The translations under genes and the position numbers were made by a program. Of a stretch of 64,000 nucleotides of DNA, positions 45,933 through 54,782 are shown piece by piece. The DNA comes from a virus. Its lineage: Duplodnaviria; Caudoviricetes. The stretch's first letter is position 1. The number at the start of each line of letters is the position of its first letter. The notes under the pieces were generated by a model that worked only from the letters and a program-made list of their open reading frames with translations, was not told the DNA's origin and did no database searches. The stretch covers positions 22,184 to 86,183 of IMG/VR virus record IMGVR_UViG_3300001525_000272; one strand, given 5' to 3'.

Positions 45933-48548
45933 CTAAAATGGAAATACTCGATCTGGTTCAAAATCTTCTGTCAAAGCGTGGGTCACTAACGTAATACTAC
46001 GATTGTCCTCTGATTGAATTTTCATGCTTTGTGCAAAGAGTTCTCTGCTTTCTGAATCCAAAGCATCAAACACTTCGTCGTAGAAGATATGACTAAATCT
46101 TTTTCCATACAACTTTTCAGCAAGGGATCTTAAAGCAGCCATGCAGCAAAAATCGATAATTCGTTTTTCACCACCTGACAATTTCTTGTGTCCAGTTGCA
46201 CATTTAATATTGTGAACAATGTTGATAGAGAATTTGTCTCTAATTGTACCTGATTTAGTTTCTGACAGTGTGTCAAACGAAACCGTAAATATACCAGGAC
46301 AAACTCGATCTAATTCATCTCTAACACATTGATTCATATGAGGTATTGCTATATCAATTAGCATACTCTTAATACCACTATCAGAAAATGCTGATTTCCA
46401 AAACTCAAGAATTTTTAATGTCTTATCCAATTCACTTTTAGTCGCTTTAAAATCTTTCAACTTATTTTCATCTTCATTGATTGATTTTTCAAGCGAGTGT
46501 AATGTTTCATCAGAGACATGAAATTCTTCTTTGATTTTGTATTCAGACTGTTTTCTATGTAATTCATCTTTAACAGCTTGAACTTCTTGTTCTCGAACCT
46601 TCGATTGTTTTAATTGAGATTCCAATTCTTGAATTGCACAAGAAGTCTTTTTCTGAATATCTAATTTTTCAGATTCTTTTGAACTTATCGAATTATTGAT
46701 ATCTTCACTTTCTTTTTCAATGTTCTTGTTATATTCTTGTGAAGTAGTTATCAATTTATTTTTTGCATTATTAGTATTCAGTTCTATACATTCATTCTTT
46801 GTTTTAATACTGTCTTGTATTTTACTAACATTCTTGGTGTGATTATTCTCAATCACATCAAGTTTAGTTGAATACGTAGAATCTATTTCTTTAAGTTTAG
46901 AGTCTTTATCAGTTTCCAAGTTTTCAAGTTGAGAAGTCTTCTCAGCTCGTTTCTTATCAAACTGTTCTTTCTTTTCTTTATATTGATTGAGTTTTTCTGT
47001 CTTATACTTTTCAAGATCAGAATTACAGTTATTGATTTCGTTTTCTAAATCTTTAATCTTCTTATCAATATCCACTGTATCGTTATTTAATTTGGATATA
47101 TTAGAAGTCTTTTCGTTGATATCCTTTTCCAATGCTTTTTGCTCTTCTTTTAATCTATCAAGATTAATTAAAGGCTGTCCACATTTATCACAAATTGGAG
47201 TATCAGAATTCAGTTGTTTGGAATTCGATTTATATCTATTTTCCAAATCATTTACAGATTGTTTAATATGAGAAATATCTTTAGTGATATTCTCTTTCTT
47301 AATCCTAAATTCAGATTGATTTTTAGTTATCTCTGAAATTTTAGAATTAACATCTTGTTGTTTAGAAAGATAATCTGTTCTGACTTTATCTTTCTCAGAA
47401 AGAATTTCAGTCTCTAAATCTTTAATCTCTTGTTTTAAAACTAAAATCTTCTCATCAAATTCCTTATTCAATAGTAACTTAGAATTATTAGTATCATTTA
47501 CGATATCAGATTTTAATTTCTCATATCTGTGATTCTCATTATTCAAATCTTCTTCTAATTTCTTAATATCATATTTTACAGGTTCATTAACTTCATCAAG
47601 TTCTTCTTTAACCTTCAATTTAAAATCAGAAAACAATTTCTGATATTTCTCTTTTATACCACCAATTTGAAGATTGAGTGAATTGATTTCGTTATCAATA
47701 TTGTTTAACTTGATTTCTGATTTAGATTTGGTTTCATTAATCTTCTTATCAAAATAAGAACTATCACCAAACAAATCTTTATCAGATTCATATTCTTTTA
47801 ATTTCTTATTACAGGATTCTATATCAACTTTAAGTTTCTCAATCTCTTCTTGATTGATCTTCTTAAGATTTTCAATATTCTCTTTTTCATGATTGACCAT
47901 TCCCAATTTCTCAGAAATGTTATTCTCAATCATTTTAATTTGTAATTCACACTGATCAAGTTTCTGTTCATATTCCTTGATCTTTTCTCTGCAATTGTCA
48001 TAATACTTATCATAATCACTCAAATCAAGAATTGAATCAAAGATTGCTTTCTGTTCACTATTGGGTAAAGCAGTAAAGAAATTCTTTGCTTGTTGAGTGA
48101 AATAGTATATGTTATGATAAACTTCCTTTGGAATAATAGTCTTTTCGATTAATCGATAAGTATCCATTTTTCCATTGGCAGATATATCCTGACCATTCTT
48201 AATAAACACTAACTTGTTATTCATCTTAGTATGTTTGTGATAAAGATGAATTTCATATTTATCACAAACATTAGTAATGGTATCGGTTCCTGTAAAGAAC
48301 AGGTGAATCTCAAGATTCTTACCCACTCTTTCATTCACCATATCATCAATACTCAACTTCTCATTTTTGACACCACCATCTTCACCATATAAAGCCATAG
48401 AAACAGCTTTAAGAATAGTCGATTTTCCAGCTCCAACTTTACCGGTAAAAACCGTAACTTTACCAAGTGGAAAATCCATTTCCATACCATCATCACCGTA
48501 ATTTCTTACATTACGAAGTTTAATCTTTTCTACTACAAAGTTTATCAT
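45933..48548 (-). CDS. sbcC: SbcC/Rad50 (T4 gp46-like) SMC ATPase
   Basis: TGKVGAGKST, Q-loop YFTQ, long coiled coils, Zn hook CDKC, LSGGEKR, FYDEVFDALD, LVTH. Confidence 0.93.
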   Translation of the reverse strand: MINFVVEKIKLRNVRNYGDDGMEMDFPLGKVTVFTGKVGAGKSTILKAVSMALYGEDGGVKNEKLSIDDMVNERVGKNLEIHLFFTGTDTITNVCDKYEIHLYHKHTKMNNKLVFIKNGQDISANGKMDTYRLIEKTIIPKEVYHNIYYFTQQAKNFFTALPNSEQKAIFDSILDLSDYDKYYDNCREKIKEYEQKLDQCELQIKMIENNISEKLGMVNHEKENIENLKKINQEEIEKLKVDIESCNKKLKEYESDKDLFGDSSYFDKKINETKSKSEIKLNNIDNEINSLNLQIGGIKEKYQKLFSDFKLKVKEELDEVNEPVKYDIKKLEEDLNNENHRYEKLKSDIVNDTNNSKLLLNKEFDEKILVLKQEIKDLETEILSEKDKVRTDYLSKQQDVNSKISEITKNQSEFRIKKENITKDISHIKQSVNDLENRYKSNSKQLNSDTPICDKCGQPLINLDRLKEEQKALEKDINEKTSNISKLNNDTVDIDKKIKDLENEINNCNSDLEKYKTEKLNQYKEKKEQFDKKRAEKTSQLENLETDKDSKLKEIDSTYSTKLDVIENNHTKNVSKIQDSIKTKNECIELNTNNAKNKLITTSQEYNKNIEKESEDINNSISSKESEKLDIQKKTSCAIQELESQLKQSKVREQEVQAVKDELHRKQSEYKIKEEFHVSDETLHSLEKSINEDENKLKDFKATKSELDKTLKILEFWKSAFSDSGIKSMLIDIAIPHMNQCVRDELDRVCPGIFTVSFDTLSETKSGTIRDKFSINIVHNIKCATGHKKLSGGEKRIIDFCCMAALRSLAEKLYGKRFSHIFYDEVFDALDSESRELFAQSMKIQSEDNRSITLVTHALTEDFEPDRVFPF

Positions 48549-48678
48549 TTTGGATTTTTCCCTTAACGTAATTTTTGAAACCAGAATAACATTCTTTACA
48601 TAATATTATATCATCCAATCTTTTGGATCTGGAACGACTAACTTTAGTATCACAACTTATACATGTTTTCTTATTCAT
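48520..48678 (-). CDS. 52-aa C4 zinc-finger protein (not in the ORF track)
   Basis: MNKKTCISCDTKVSRSRSKRLDDIILCKECYSGFKNYVKGKIQNDKLCSRKD*; ATG overlaps the sbcD stop (ATGA) and the end overlaps the sbcC start. Confidence 0.7.
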   Translation of the reverse strand: MNKKTCISCDTKVSRSRSKRLDDIILCKECYSGFKNYVKGKIQNDKLCSRKD

Positions 48679-49739
48679 TCTTTTTTCGATTCCAAAAGAT
48701 TCATGTCTTTCAGAATTTTAAGATATGATTCCTTATCATCAATTTCTTTGATATCCAAATATTTCTCGCATTGTTCTATTTTTGACTGAGTAATATTGAT
48801 ACCACGATTAGTAATATCAACCTCAGTATTTTCAAGAACAATCATATCACCAATAGATTCTTCTTGAGTTGCCTTAATCTTCGTCTTATTAATAACTCTT
48901 ACGTTATTACCTTCAGATTTTAATTTCTGAGCCTTATTAAATATCTCTTTTCTTTCTTCATTAGTAGTATTGGTTGTTATTACAAATTCATAGAATTTTG
49001 CAACACCGGGAACATTTAAGGGAACTTCTTCAACCTCTAATGTCTCTGTATCAACAATAAGAAACCTCTTATCTTCATTCTTGTCATTCCAATCTTTTGG
49101 AATGAGTGAACCAACATAATACACTCTTGTATTATTTCCATTCAGATTCTGTGGTTTATGATAATGACCAAGAATAGCCAACGGAAATTGACTAATATCA
49201 CTTATCTTTAACTTATCAACCCTACTCAAACCAGATTGAAGAACTGCTTCATTCAATCCAACATGAGCATACAGAATTTTTGGATGTTTCTTTTCAATTT
49301 CCATTTGAAGTTTTTCACTCTTCATTTTCTCAAGAAAACTATTAGTGAAAGGAACTATGACACCATTGAAAAGTTCACTCACTTCTGGTTCATATAAATA
49401 AGTAGTAACATTCGGAAACTTACTAAATACAGCAATAGCACTCTTTTGATGTTCACCTGTAGAACTCAAATCATGATTACCACTAAACATATAAAACTGA
49501 CAATCTTCATTGGATTTGAAAATGTCAGTTAACATATTTTGTGATTCATTATAGATAATGGTTTTATCATTATAGATATCACCAACAATCATAAAATGTT
49601 TAATATCATGTTCTTTACCATAATTAATGATATACTCAAGAGATTGTTTAATGTAATACAATCTCTTGGGATAATCATTAATCAAAGAATCGTCACTAAA
49701 TCCACTTGCATGGATATCACCAATTGCTATGATTTTCAT
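48675..49739 (-). CDS. sbcD: SbcD/Mre11 (T4 gp47-like) nuclease
   Basis: Metallophosphoesterase motifs AIGDIH, VGDIYN, SGNHD, YAHVG, LGHYHKPQ. Confidence 0.93.
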   Translation of the reverse strand: MKIIAIGDIHASGFSDDSLINDYPKRLYYIKQSLEYIINYGKEHDIKHFMIVGDIYNDKTIIYNESQNMLTDIFKSNEDCQFYMFSGNHDLSSTGEHQKSAIAVFSKFPNVTTYLYEPEVSELFNGVIVPFTNSFLEKMKSEKLQMEIEKKHPKILYAHVGLNEAVLQSGLSRVDKLKISDISQFPLAILGHYHKPQNLNGNNTRVYYVGSLIPKDWNDKNEDKRFLIVDTETLEVEEVPLNVPGVAKFYEFVITTNTTNEERKEIFNKAQKLKSEGNNVRVINKTKIKATQEESIGDMIVLENTEVDITNRGINITQSKIEQCEKYLDIKEIDDKESYLKILKDMNLLESKKE

Positions 49740-49746
49740 TTTTCAT

Positions 49747-50490
49747 TTAGATTGTGAATTGTGGAATATCATCATCTTCATCATCAATAATATCATTCCC
49801 AGAGGTGTACTTCGTGAAGTCCATACCCCTGATACTCTTGTTGAAACCAGATAAATGAGGCGGAGCAATTCTAACTTGCTCTTGAAATACCGCTTTACCC
49901 TGACGAAACATATTACGCTGATTATGACACGAAATCATATCAACGTTTACCTCTTTACGAAGTTCATGTTTATTAACTACAATTTGAAGAGTAGTCTGAT
50001 ATCTCATTCCATTCGGAAGAGGAATATTTATAATACCAGTTACAAAATTTCCACCTTCAAACAGAATTGAAAGATCATGATTAGAGTTGATATAATTATC
50101 ATCAACACTACTAAATGATTTAATTCCATTTGGATGTTTATGAAATACTCCGGTATATCCCGGTGTTGCTTCTGATTTAAAATCAACAGTAGCTCCACCA
50201 ACAACTTGTTCCGGAATCATAAAATCATCAACTACAACATTACCCTTATTATCCCAATGCCATTTGACATAACCACCAAACTCATTGGATGTAGCAAATT
50301 TCTTATCAACACAGTATTGAAGATCTCTAACTTTTTCAATAATACTATAATCAATGATACATTTGATCTTCTTTAATGGTTTGGATGTATGATTCACCCA
50401 TTCACCATTATGAGATGTTATATCATCTTCAATTTCATTATCAAATGTTGGAATATCAAGTTCTTCGCAATCATCAATTTGATTGTTCAT
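49747..50490 (-). CDS. JAB/JAMM (MPN+) metallo-isopeptidase
   Basis: Upstream Glu (SNEFGGY) plus exact HxHx7SxxD, HKHPNGIKSFSSVD (50101-50142). Confidence 0.88.
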   Translation of the reverse strand: MNNQIDDCEELDIPTFDNEIEDDITSHNGEWVNHTSKPLKKIKCIIDYSIIEKVRDLQYCVDKKFATSNEFGGYVKWHWDNKGNVVVDDFMIPEQVVGGATVDFKSEATPGYTGVFHKHPNGIKSFSSVDDNYINSNHDLSILFEGGNFVTGIINIPLPNGMRYQTTLQIVVNKHELRKEVNVDMISCHNQRNMFRQGKAVFQEQVRIAPPHLSGFNKSIRGMDFTKYTSGNDIIDDEDDDIPQFTI

Positions 50491-50496
50491 TTACTG

Positions 50497-51303
50497 TTAC
50501 TCCTCTGTTTCTTTTTCTTTCTTTAAGATGTCAAGAATTTCATTGTGATCATAGTTACCAACTTTATTGGAACAACACTGAATGATATTCTGGCATCCAA
50601 AAGTTACACAACAATTTAATCTACCATATTCATCTCTACCATTTTTTGTAGTAAAATTATGTATAAATGGCATATCGTAGTTTTCAATATCATCAATAGT
50701 ATATTTAATTTCATCTGTGATAAAACCAGCACCAAGAGCATCATTTACTGCAATTGCTGCAATAATCTGAGATGATCCAATATAAGATGGAATCACATGA
50801 TAACCACCACCACGCTGAGTCCAAACTTTAGTCAATCTCGGATTACCATCAATTGTCATAGATGTTCCATCATATCCGATCTTATATAACTTACAATTAA
50901 AGTCATAAAGATCATCATAGATATCATCTCTGCAATCCATGATTAAACAATTCTTGTCATAGACGGATTTATCAAATATTGCTTTGTTTGCAACAGTTTC
51001 TAATAATTTTGGACTAGTCAATTCTTTATAAGTTTCAACAACCACATCACTTCTTCTTTCAAGAATTTGATATTTGGCTGCATCAACTTTATGACTATTA
51101 ATGTCACAATATCTGAAAATAGTTCTATTAAGATTTGATTCCTCAATAGTATCAGGATCTATTAAATGCAAACAATCAACTTGTCCGCTTAATGCCAGAT
51201 CCAATGCAACCCAGTTTCCAATACCACCAAGACCAACTATAATAGCATGGTTATAATGAAGTAATTTTAGACTGGATTGCCTTGAATAAAGTTCAGAGTT
51301 CAT
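50497..51303 (-). CDS. E1/ThiF-MoeB family adenylyltransferase
   Basis: LYSRQ, VGLGGIG, IDPDTIEESNLNRTIF, KVDAAK, IMDCRD. Confidence 0.9.
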   Translation of the reverse strand: MNSELYSRQSSLKLLHYNHAIIVGLGGIGNWVALDLALSGQVDCLHLIDPDTIEESNLNRTIFRYCDINSHKVDAAKYQILERRSDVVVETYKELTSPKLLETVANKAIFDKSVYDKNCLIMDCRDDIYDDLYDFNCKLYKIGYDGTSMTIDGNPRLTKVWTQRGGGYHVIPSYIGSSQIIAAIAVNDALGAGFITDEIKYTIDDIENYDMPFIHNFTTKNGRDEYGRLNCCVTFGCQNIIQCCSNKVGNYDHNEILDILKKEKETEE

Positions 51304-51481
51304 CTTCTTGATTCTCCGAAGTAATTGTTTGGTTTGTATTTTTCTTTTTCTTTACTCTACATTTACATGATTTAATAGACTCTCCTGTACTTATATTCAT
51401 AAAATCTATCTGTTTAATATTTCTATTTTCATCTATTTTAGTAACAACTACATCAACTTCGTATGAAGATGTGTCAATCAT
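51293..51481 (-). CDS. 62-aa hypothetical protein within the conjugation operon
   Basis: Overlaps both the E2-like stop and the E1 start. Confidence 0.55.
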   Translation of the reverse strand: MIDTSSYEVDVVVTKIDENRNIKQIDFMNISTGESIKSCKCRVKKKKNTNQTITSENQEDEL

Positions 51482-52979
51482 TGATTATCTCCACATGAGT
51501 TTCAGTGTCTTCATCTGGATCAATATTTTTAGCAGTTGAATCTTCTTCATCTTCAAATGAAACATCCGTTAACTTTTCATTATCACCAATATATTCCTCA
51601 TCAATTTCAAAATTACTAGAAACATCTATTGTAGAATGTGCAAGAACTTCTTCAAGATTGGATGAATCATATGCACTATCAAAATTAATAAGATTGAGTA
51701 ATGCTTCGCAACGATTGAGATTTTCCCCCAATTTCCTAACATCAGTCAATGAAATCTTTCCAGAAATATCACCCATACAAACATTACCGTTATTTGTATT
51801 TGGATGATATCCTTCACAATACATTTTACCATCTGTAGTTATAAATATCTTATCAATATGATAGGGATTCTCTTTCCAATTCGGATCGATATTCCGTATT
51901 TTTCCTTTGTAATTAACTTTCATCGGAATAATATGGACTTCTTTTTCCCAAGCAATCCAACCATCAAACTTTTGATCAGATACAATCCAACCAGACATTT
52001 CGAATTTATTACCATACATCAAACCATTACTAAACGCTGTATCAATATCCTTTTGTAATGATTGATATTTTTTGGCCAGATAAGAATCTAACAATTGTTT
52101 ATATGAATATTGATTATTGATTCCCCATCTGGTATCTTCTATATATCTTTTAATTTGTGTATTTATCAATTCTTTAATTTTACTAAGAAGAACACTAACT
52201 TCATCGCAATCATTAAACAAATCGATATGCTGCGGTTCAATAATAGTACATTCCTGGGAAAGATTATTTAATCTAGCTACAAGAAACTTTCCAATTCTTT
52301 CTGTAAGTTCCCCATCTACCCCCATTATATTACTTCTGAAAAACAAACTGTTTGCATTTGCAAAGACAGAAATCAATCTGATTACTATCTCTTTGAATCT
52401 ATCATAACTAACAGTTCTTCTCAATTTTTCAAGAATTACTTGATCGAGATAAAGTATACCATACCTATCAATAAATCCAATTAAGAAATTCTTTTCACCA
52501 ATGAAAAGAAGTTTATAAATATAAATATTAAGTTTGTCTAAACTAGCATGGATTCTATTAGTCTCTACATAATATGAATCATAGATATTATTTGCATTAT
52601 AATGATATCCTTCGATTTTTAAATCAAAATCAATATTGGCTCCAATATAGAAAAATCCTCTGCCATTTTCTCTATATTTATTATTAAACATAGTAAGAAA
52701 ATCTTGATTGGGATTCTCATTATAATTATTACGTCTCCATTCATAGTGCCAAGATATATATCTTGCTATAAAAGTCTTATTAAGTCTAACCAATCTAATC
52801 CATGAAGAATTATCTAAAAATTTGATTCCAGTAGAATTCTCTTGTGGTATGTATCCGTTTTTGGCTTGAAAACTACCACAAGAAACAGAATTCTTCAAAT
52901 AAGCAATATCATTCTTGTTTGAAACAATATCATATATGATTTCAACCAATGACATTTCTTTTTGATTTTCGGTTTGCAT
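51474..52979 (-). CDS. large protein with C-terminal E2/UBC-like domain
   Basis: YCEGYHPNTNNGNVCMG (51777-51806 is HPN-x6-C, UBC-like), followed by a helix with LLNLINFDSAY; directly upstream of E1 and JAB. Confidence 0.65.
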   Translation of the reverse strand: MQTENQKEMSLVEIIYDIVSNKNDIAYLKNSVSCGSFQAKNGYIPQENSTGIKFLDNSSWIRLVRLNKTFIARYISWHYEWRRNNYNENPNQDFLTMFNNKYRENGRGFFYIGANIDFDLKIEGYHYNANNIYDSYYVETNRIHASLDKLNIYIYKLLFIGEKNFLIGFIDRYGILYLDQVILEKLRRTVSYDRFKEIVIRLISVFANANSLFFRSNIMGVDGELTERIGKFLVARLNNLSQECTIIEPQHIDLFNDCDEVSVLLSKIKELINTQIKRYIEDTRWGINNQYSYKQLLDSYLAKKYQSLQKDIDTAFSNGLMYGNKFEMSGWIVSDQKFDGWIAWEKEVHIIPMKVNYKGKIRNIDPNWKENPYHIDKIFITTDGKMYCEGYHPNTNNGNVCMGDISGKISLTDVRKLGENLNRCEALLNLINFDSAYDSSNLEEVLAHSTIDVSSNFEIDEEYIGDNEKLTDVSFEDEEDSTAKNIDPDEDTETHVEIIND

Positions 52980-53010
52980 TGTCTTTTAATGCTGTAGTTA
53001 ACTGGGTGTA

Positions 53011-53051
53011 AAAGGTTGCTCCTATGACTTTAAATCATAGGAGCAACCTTT
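53011..53051 (-). terminator. intrinsic terminator between the Ubl and E2-like genes
   Basis: Perfect 17-bp stem aaaggttgctcctatga/tcataggagcaaccttt with a 7-nt loop. Confidence 0.8.
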
Positions 53052-53070
53052 GTTGTATGGTGCTTAAAAA

Positions 53071-53739
53071 TTAGGCACCCTTGTCAATCTTCTCAATCTT
53101 CATAGAAACAACATCAGACATCTTAATATCATTCACGCCATTGATCTGACCGACCTTCGCTTGAGTGATGGTAGTAGCGGTCATGTTATTCTCTTTGGCG
53201 AACGTATGACAAGCCATGATGAGTCGCGCAGGAGTATCAACGATATATTTGGGTTGATCATTGATGATAACCAAAGTCATACCCTGTTTGACAAACACAG
53301 TTTTCTTCTTACCATTGCTGCCAACAATAGGAAGAATCACACGTGCACCAACCTGACCAGACTTGTTGGTATAAGGCTTGATAACCTTATAATCCTCAAG
53401 CTCTTGATAAACATCTTCATCAATAGCAACATCAGTCATTCTTCCGGACTCGGGAATGACCTTGCATTCGCCAGCCTGTGTGTTATCAACAACCTCATCA
53501 GAAGTGTTGGTTGCGGCAACAGGAACATTCTTAGTTTTCTTGGCTTTCTTTGCAATCACAGTATAAACCGGGAATCTGCCAGAAGCATCGCAAGCAACAG
53601 TATCATTATCAACAAACTCATTAATAATATCCTGAATCTGAGAACCCTTGCTCAAACCCAGCTTCTTTGCTATTGCAGTAGCAGACTGCGGAAAAGAAGT
53701 AATAGCAGCAAGAACTTTATCAGGGGTAATGTTAGCCAT
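53071..53739 (-). CDS. winged-HTH + putative ubiquitin-like (beta-grasp) domain protein
   Basis: N-terminal KVLAAI..SATAIAKKLGL..IQDIINEF wHTH; C-terminal beta-beta-alpha-beta pattern ending IKMSDVVSMKIEKIDKGA*; AAAAGGA RBS before ATG 53739. Confidence 0.6.
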   Translation of the reverse strand: MANITPDKVLAAITSFPQSATAIAKKLGLSKGSQIQDIINEFVDNDTVACDASGRFPVYTVIAKKAKKTKNVPVAATNTSDEVVDNTQAGECKVIPESGRMTDVAIDEDVYQELEDYKVIKPYTNKSGQVGARVILPIVGSNGKKKTVFVKQGMTLVIINDQPKYIVDTPARLIMACHTFAKENNMTATTITQAKVGQINGVNDIKMSDVVSMKIEKIDKGA

Positions 53740-53764
53740 TTTTTGTTTCCTTTTGTTGTTTTGT

Positions 53765-54622
53765 TTAACTAACCTTATTTTCAATTCTTAAACAATTAAC
53801 AGAATTTTGATTAATATTGTACTTATCAGCAGCAGTACGACCTCTGTTAAACGAAGAAAGATCAATTCTTTTTGATTCTTTGAGTTTTTCAGATTGAGCC
53901 TCTTGTTGCTTAATGAATAACTTTATTTTATCTCTTACGTATTTCTTGTATCTATTTAATTGAACCAACTCGTTTGTCTTTAAAATCAAATCAAACGATT
54001 CTGGTTGATTATCAAATTCTTCATCATCTTCAAGATCATCTATATCTTGAAATCCACTATCTGCTTGTTCATGTTTTTTAATCTTCTGATATTCTTGTTT
54101 TTCTTCTATAACAGCTCTTTCTAATAATCTTCCAGTAAATCCTTCTACAAAAGATCTCCAATTGGTAAAATTACCATTTACAGATCTTTGATGTTTGTAT
54201 CCAAGTTTGGATGCTGTACTCTTGAAAAACTTATACATATCAACACATCTGGAGATATCTTGTGCTTCTCCTATGAAATTGATATATAATTGCTTTGCTG
54301 AACGATTTGTTTTGTACTTTCTCAAAATACATTCTGTATTGCATACAATATTAATCAATTGGATTAGATTTTGTATCCATACAGGAAGATCATTTGCTAT
54401 GAACTTTTCACATTCTTTTTCTATTATGAAAATTTCATTATCAGAGATTGCATTCTCTGTAAGTACAGTTGACATATCAAGATGATGTTTCCTCATCAAA
54501 TTAAAAGCCAACTTTAAAGCAACTTCAGCTTCAGCCTCAGATTGAATCTTTTTACAACCATCATGTTTAATTAAAAGTTTCTTAATACGATCTACTATTT
54601 TCTTATCTGTTTTTTCAGACAT
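53765..54622 (-). CDS. DUF2786-like protein
   Basis: KIVDRIKKLL..EAEAEVALKLAFNLMRKH, FIGEAQD, SFVEGF, SFNRG. Confidence 0.7.
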   Translation of the reverse strand: MSEKTDKKIVDRIKKLLIKHDGCKKIQSEAEAEVALKLAFNLMRKHHLDMSTVLTENAISDNEIFIIEKECEKFIANDLPVWIQNLIQLINIVCNTECILRKYKTNRSAKQLYINFIGEAQDISRCVDMYKFFKSTASKLGYKHQRSVNGNFTNWRSFVEGFTGRLLERAVIEEKQEYQKIKKHEQADSGFQDIDDLEDDEEFDNQPESFDLILKTNELVQLNRYKKYVRDKIKLFIKQQEAQSEKLKESKRIDLSSFNRGRTAADKYNINQNSVNCLRIENKVS

Positions 54623-54667
54623 TTCTATCCTTTCACAATTTCGTAAAAAGAAAACTTATGTGTTAAA

Positions 54668-54713
54668 TAATGATGGTTAGTATTAGGATTTAACCTAATA
54701 CTAACCACCATTA
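54668..54713 (-). terminator. intrinsic terminator
   Basis: 20-bp stem with one G-U pair on the minus strand; 6-nt loop. Confidence 0.75.
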
Positions 54714-54782
54714 ACGCAACCAAAATAGTTCAAAAATCTCTATCTACAAATTAATGTATATAGAATTTCCGATCCATTCAAG

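Noticed and set aside
50497-51303. E1 as a thiamine/molybdopterin sulfur-transfer enzyme
   Set aside because: No ThiS/MoaD/ThiG/rhodanese genes are nearby, and the neighbours are JAB and an E2-like protein.
51293-51481. 62-aa ORF as the ubiquitin-like modifier
   Set aside because: It ends in acidic EDEL with no Gly/Ala tail and shows no beta-grasp pattern; 53071-53739 fits better.
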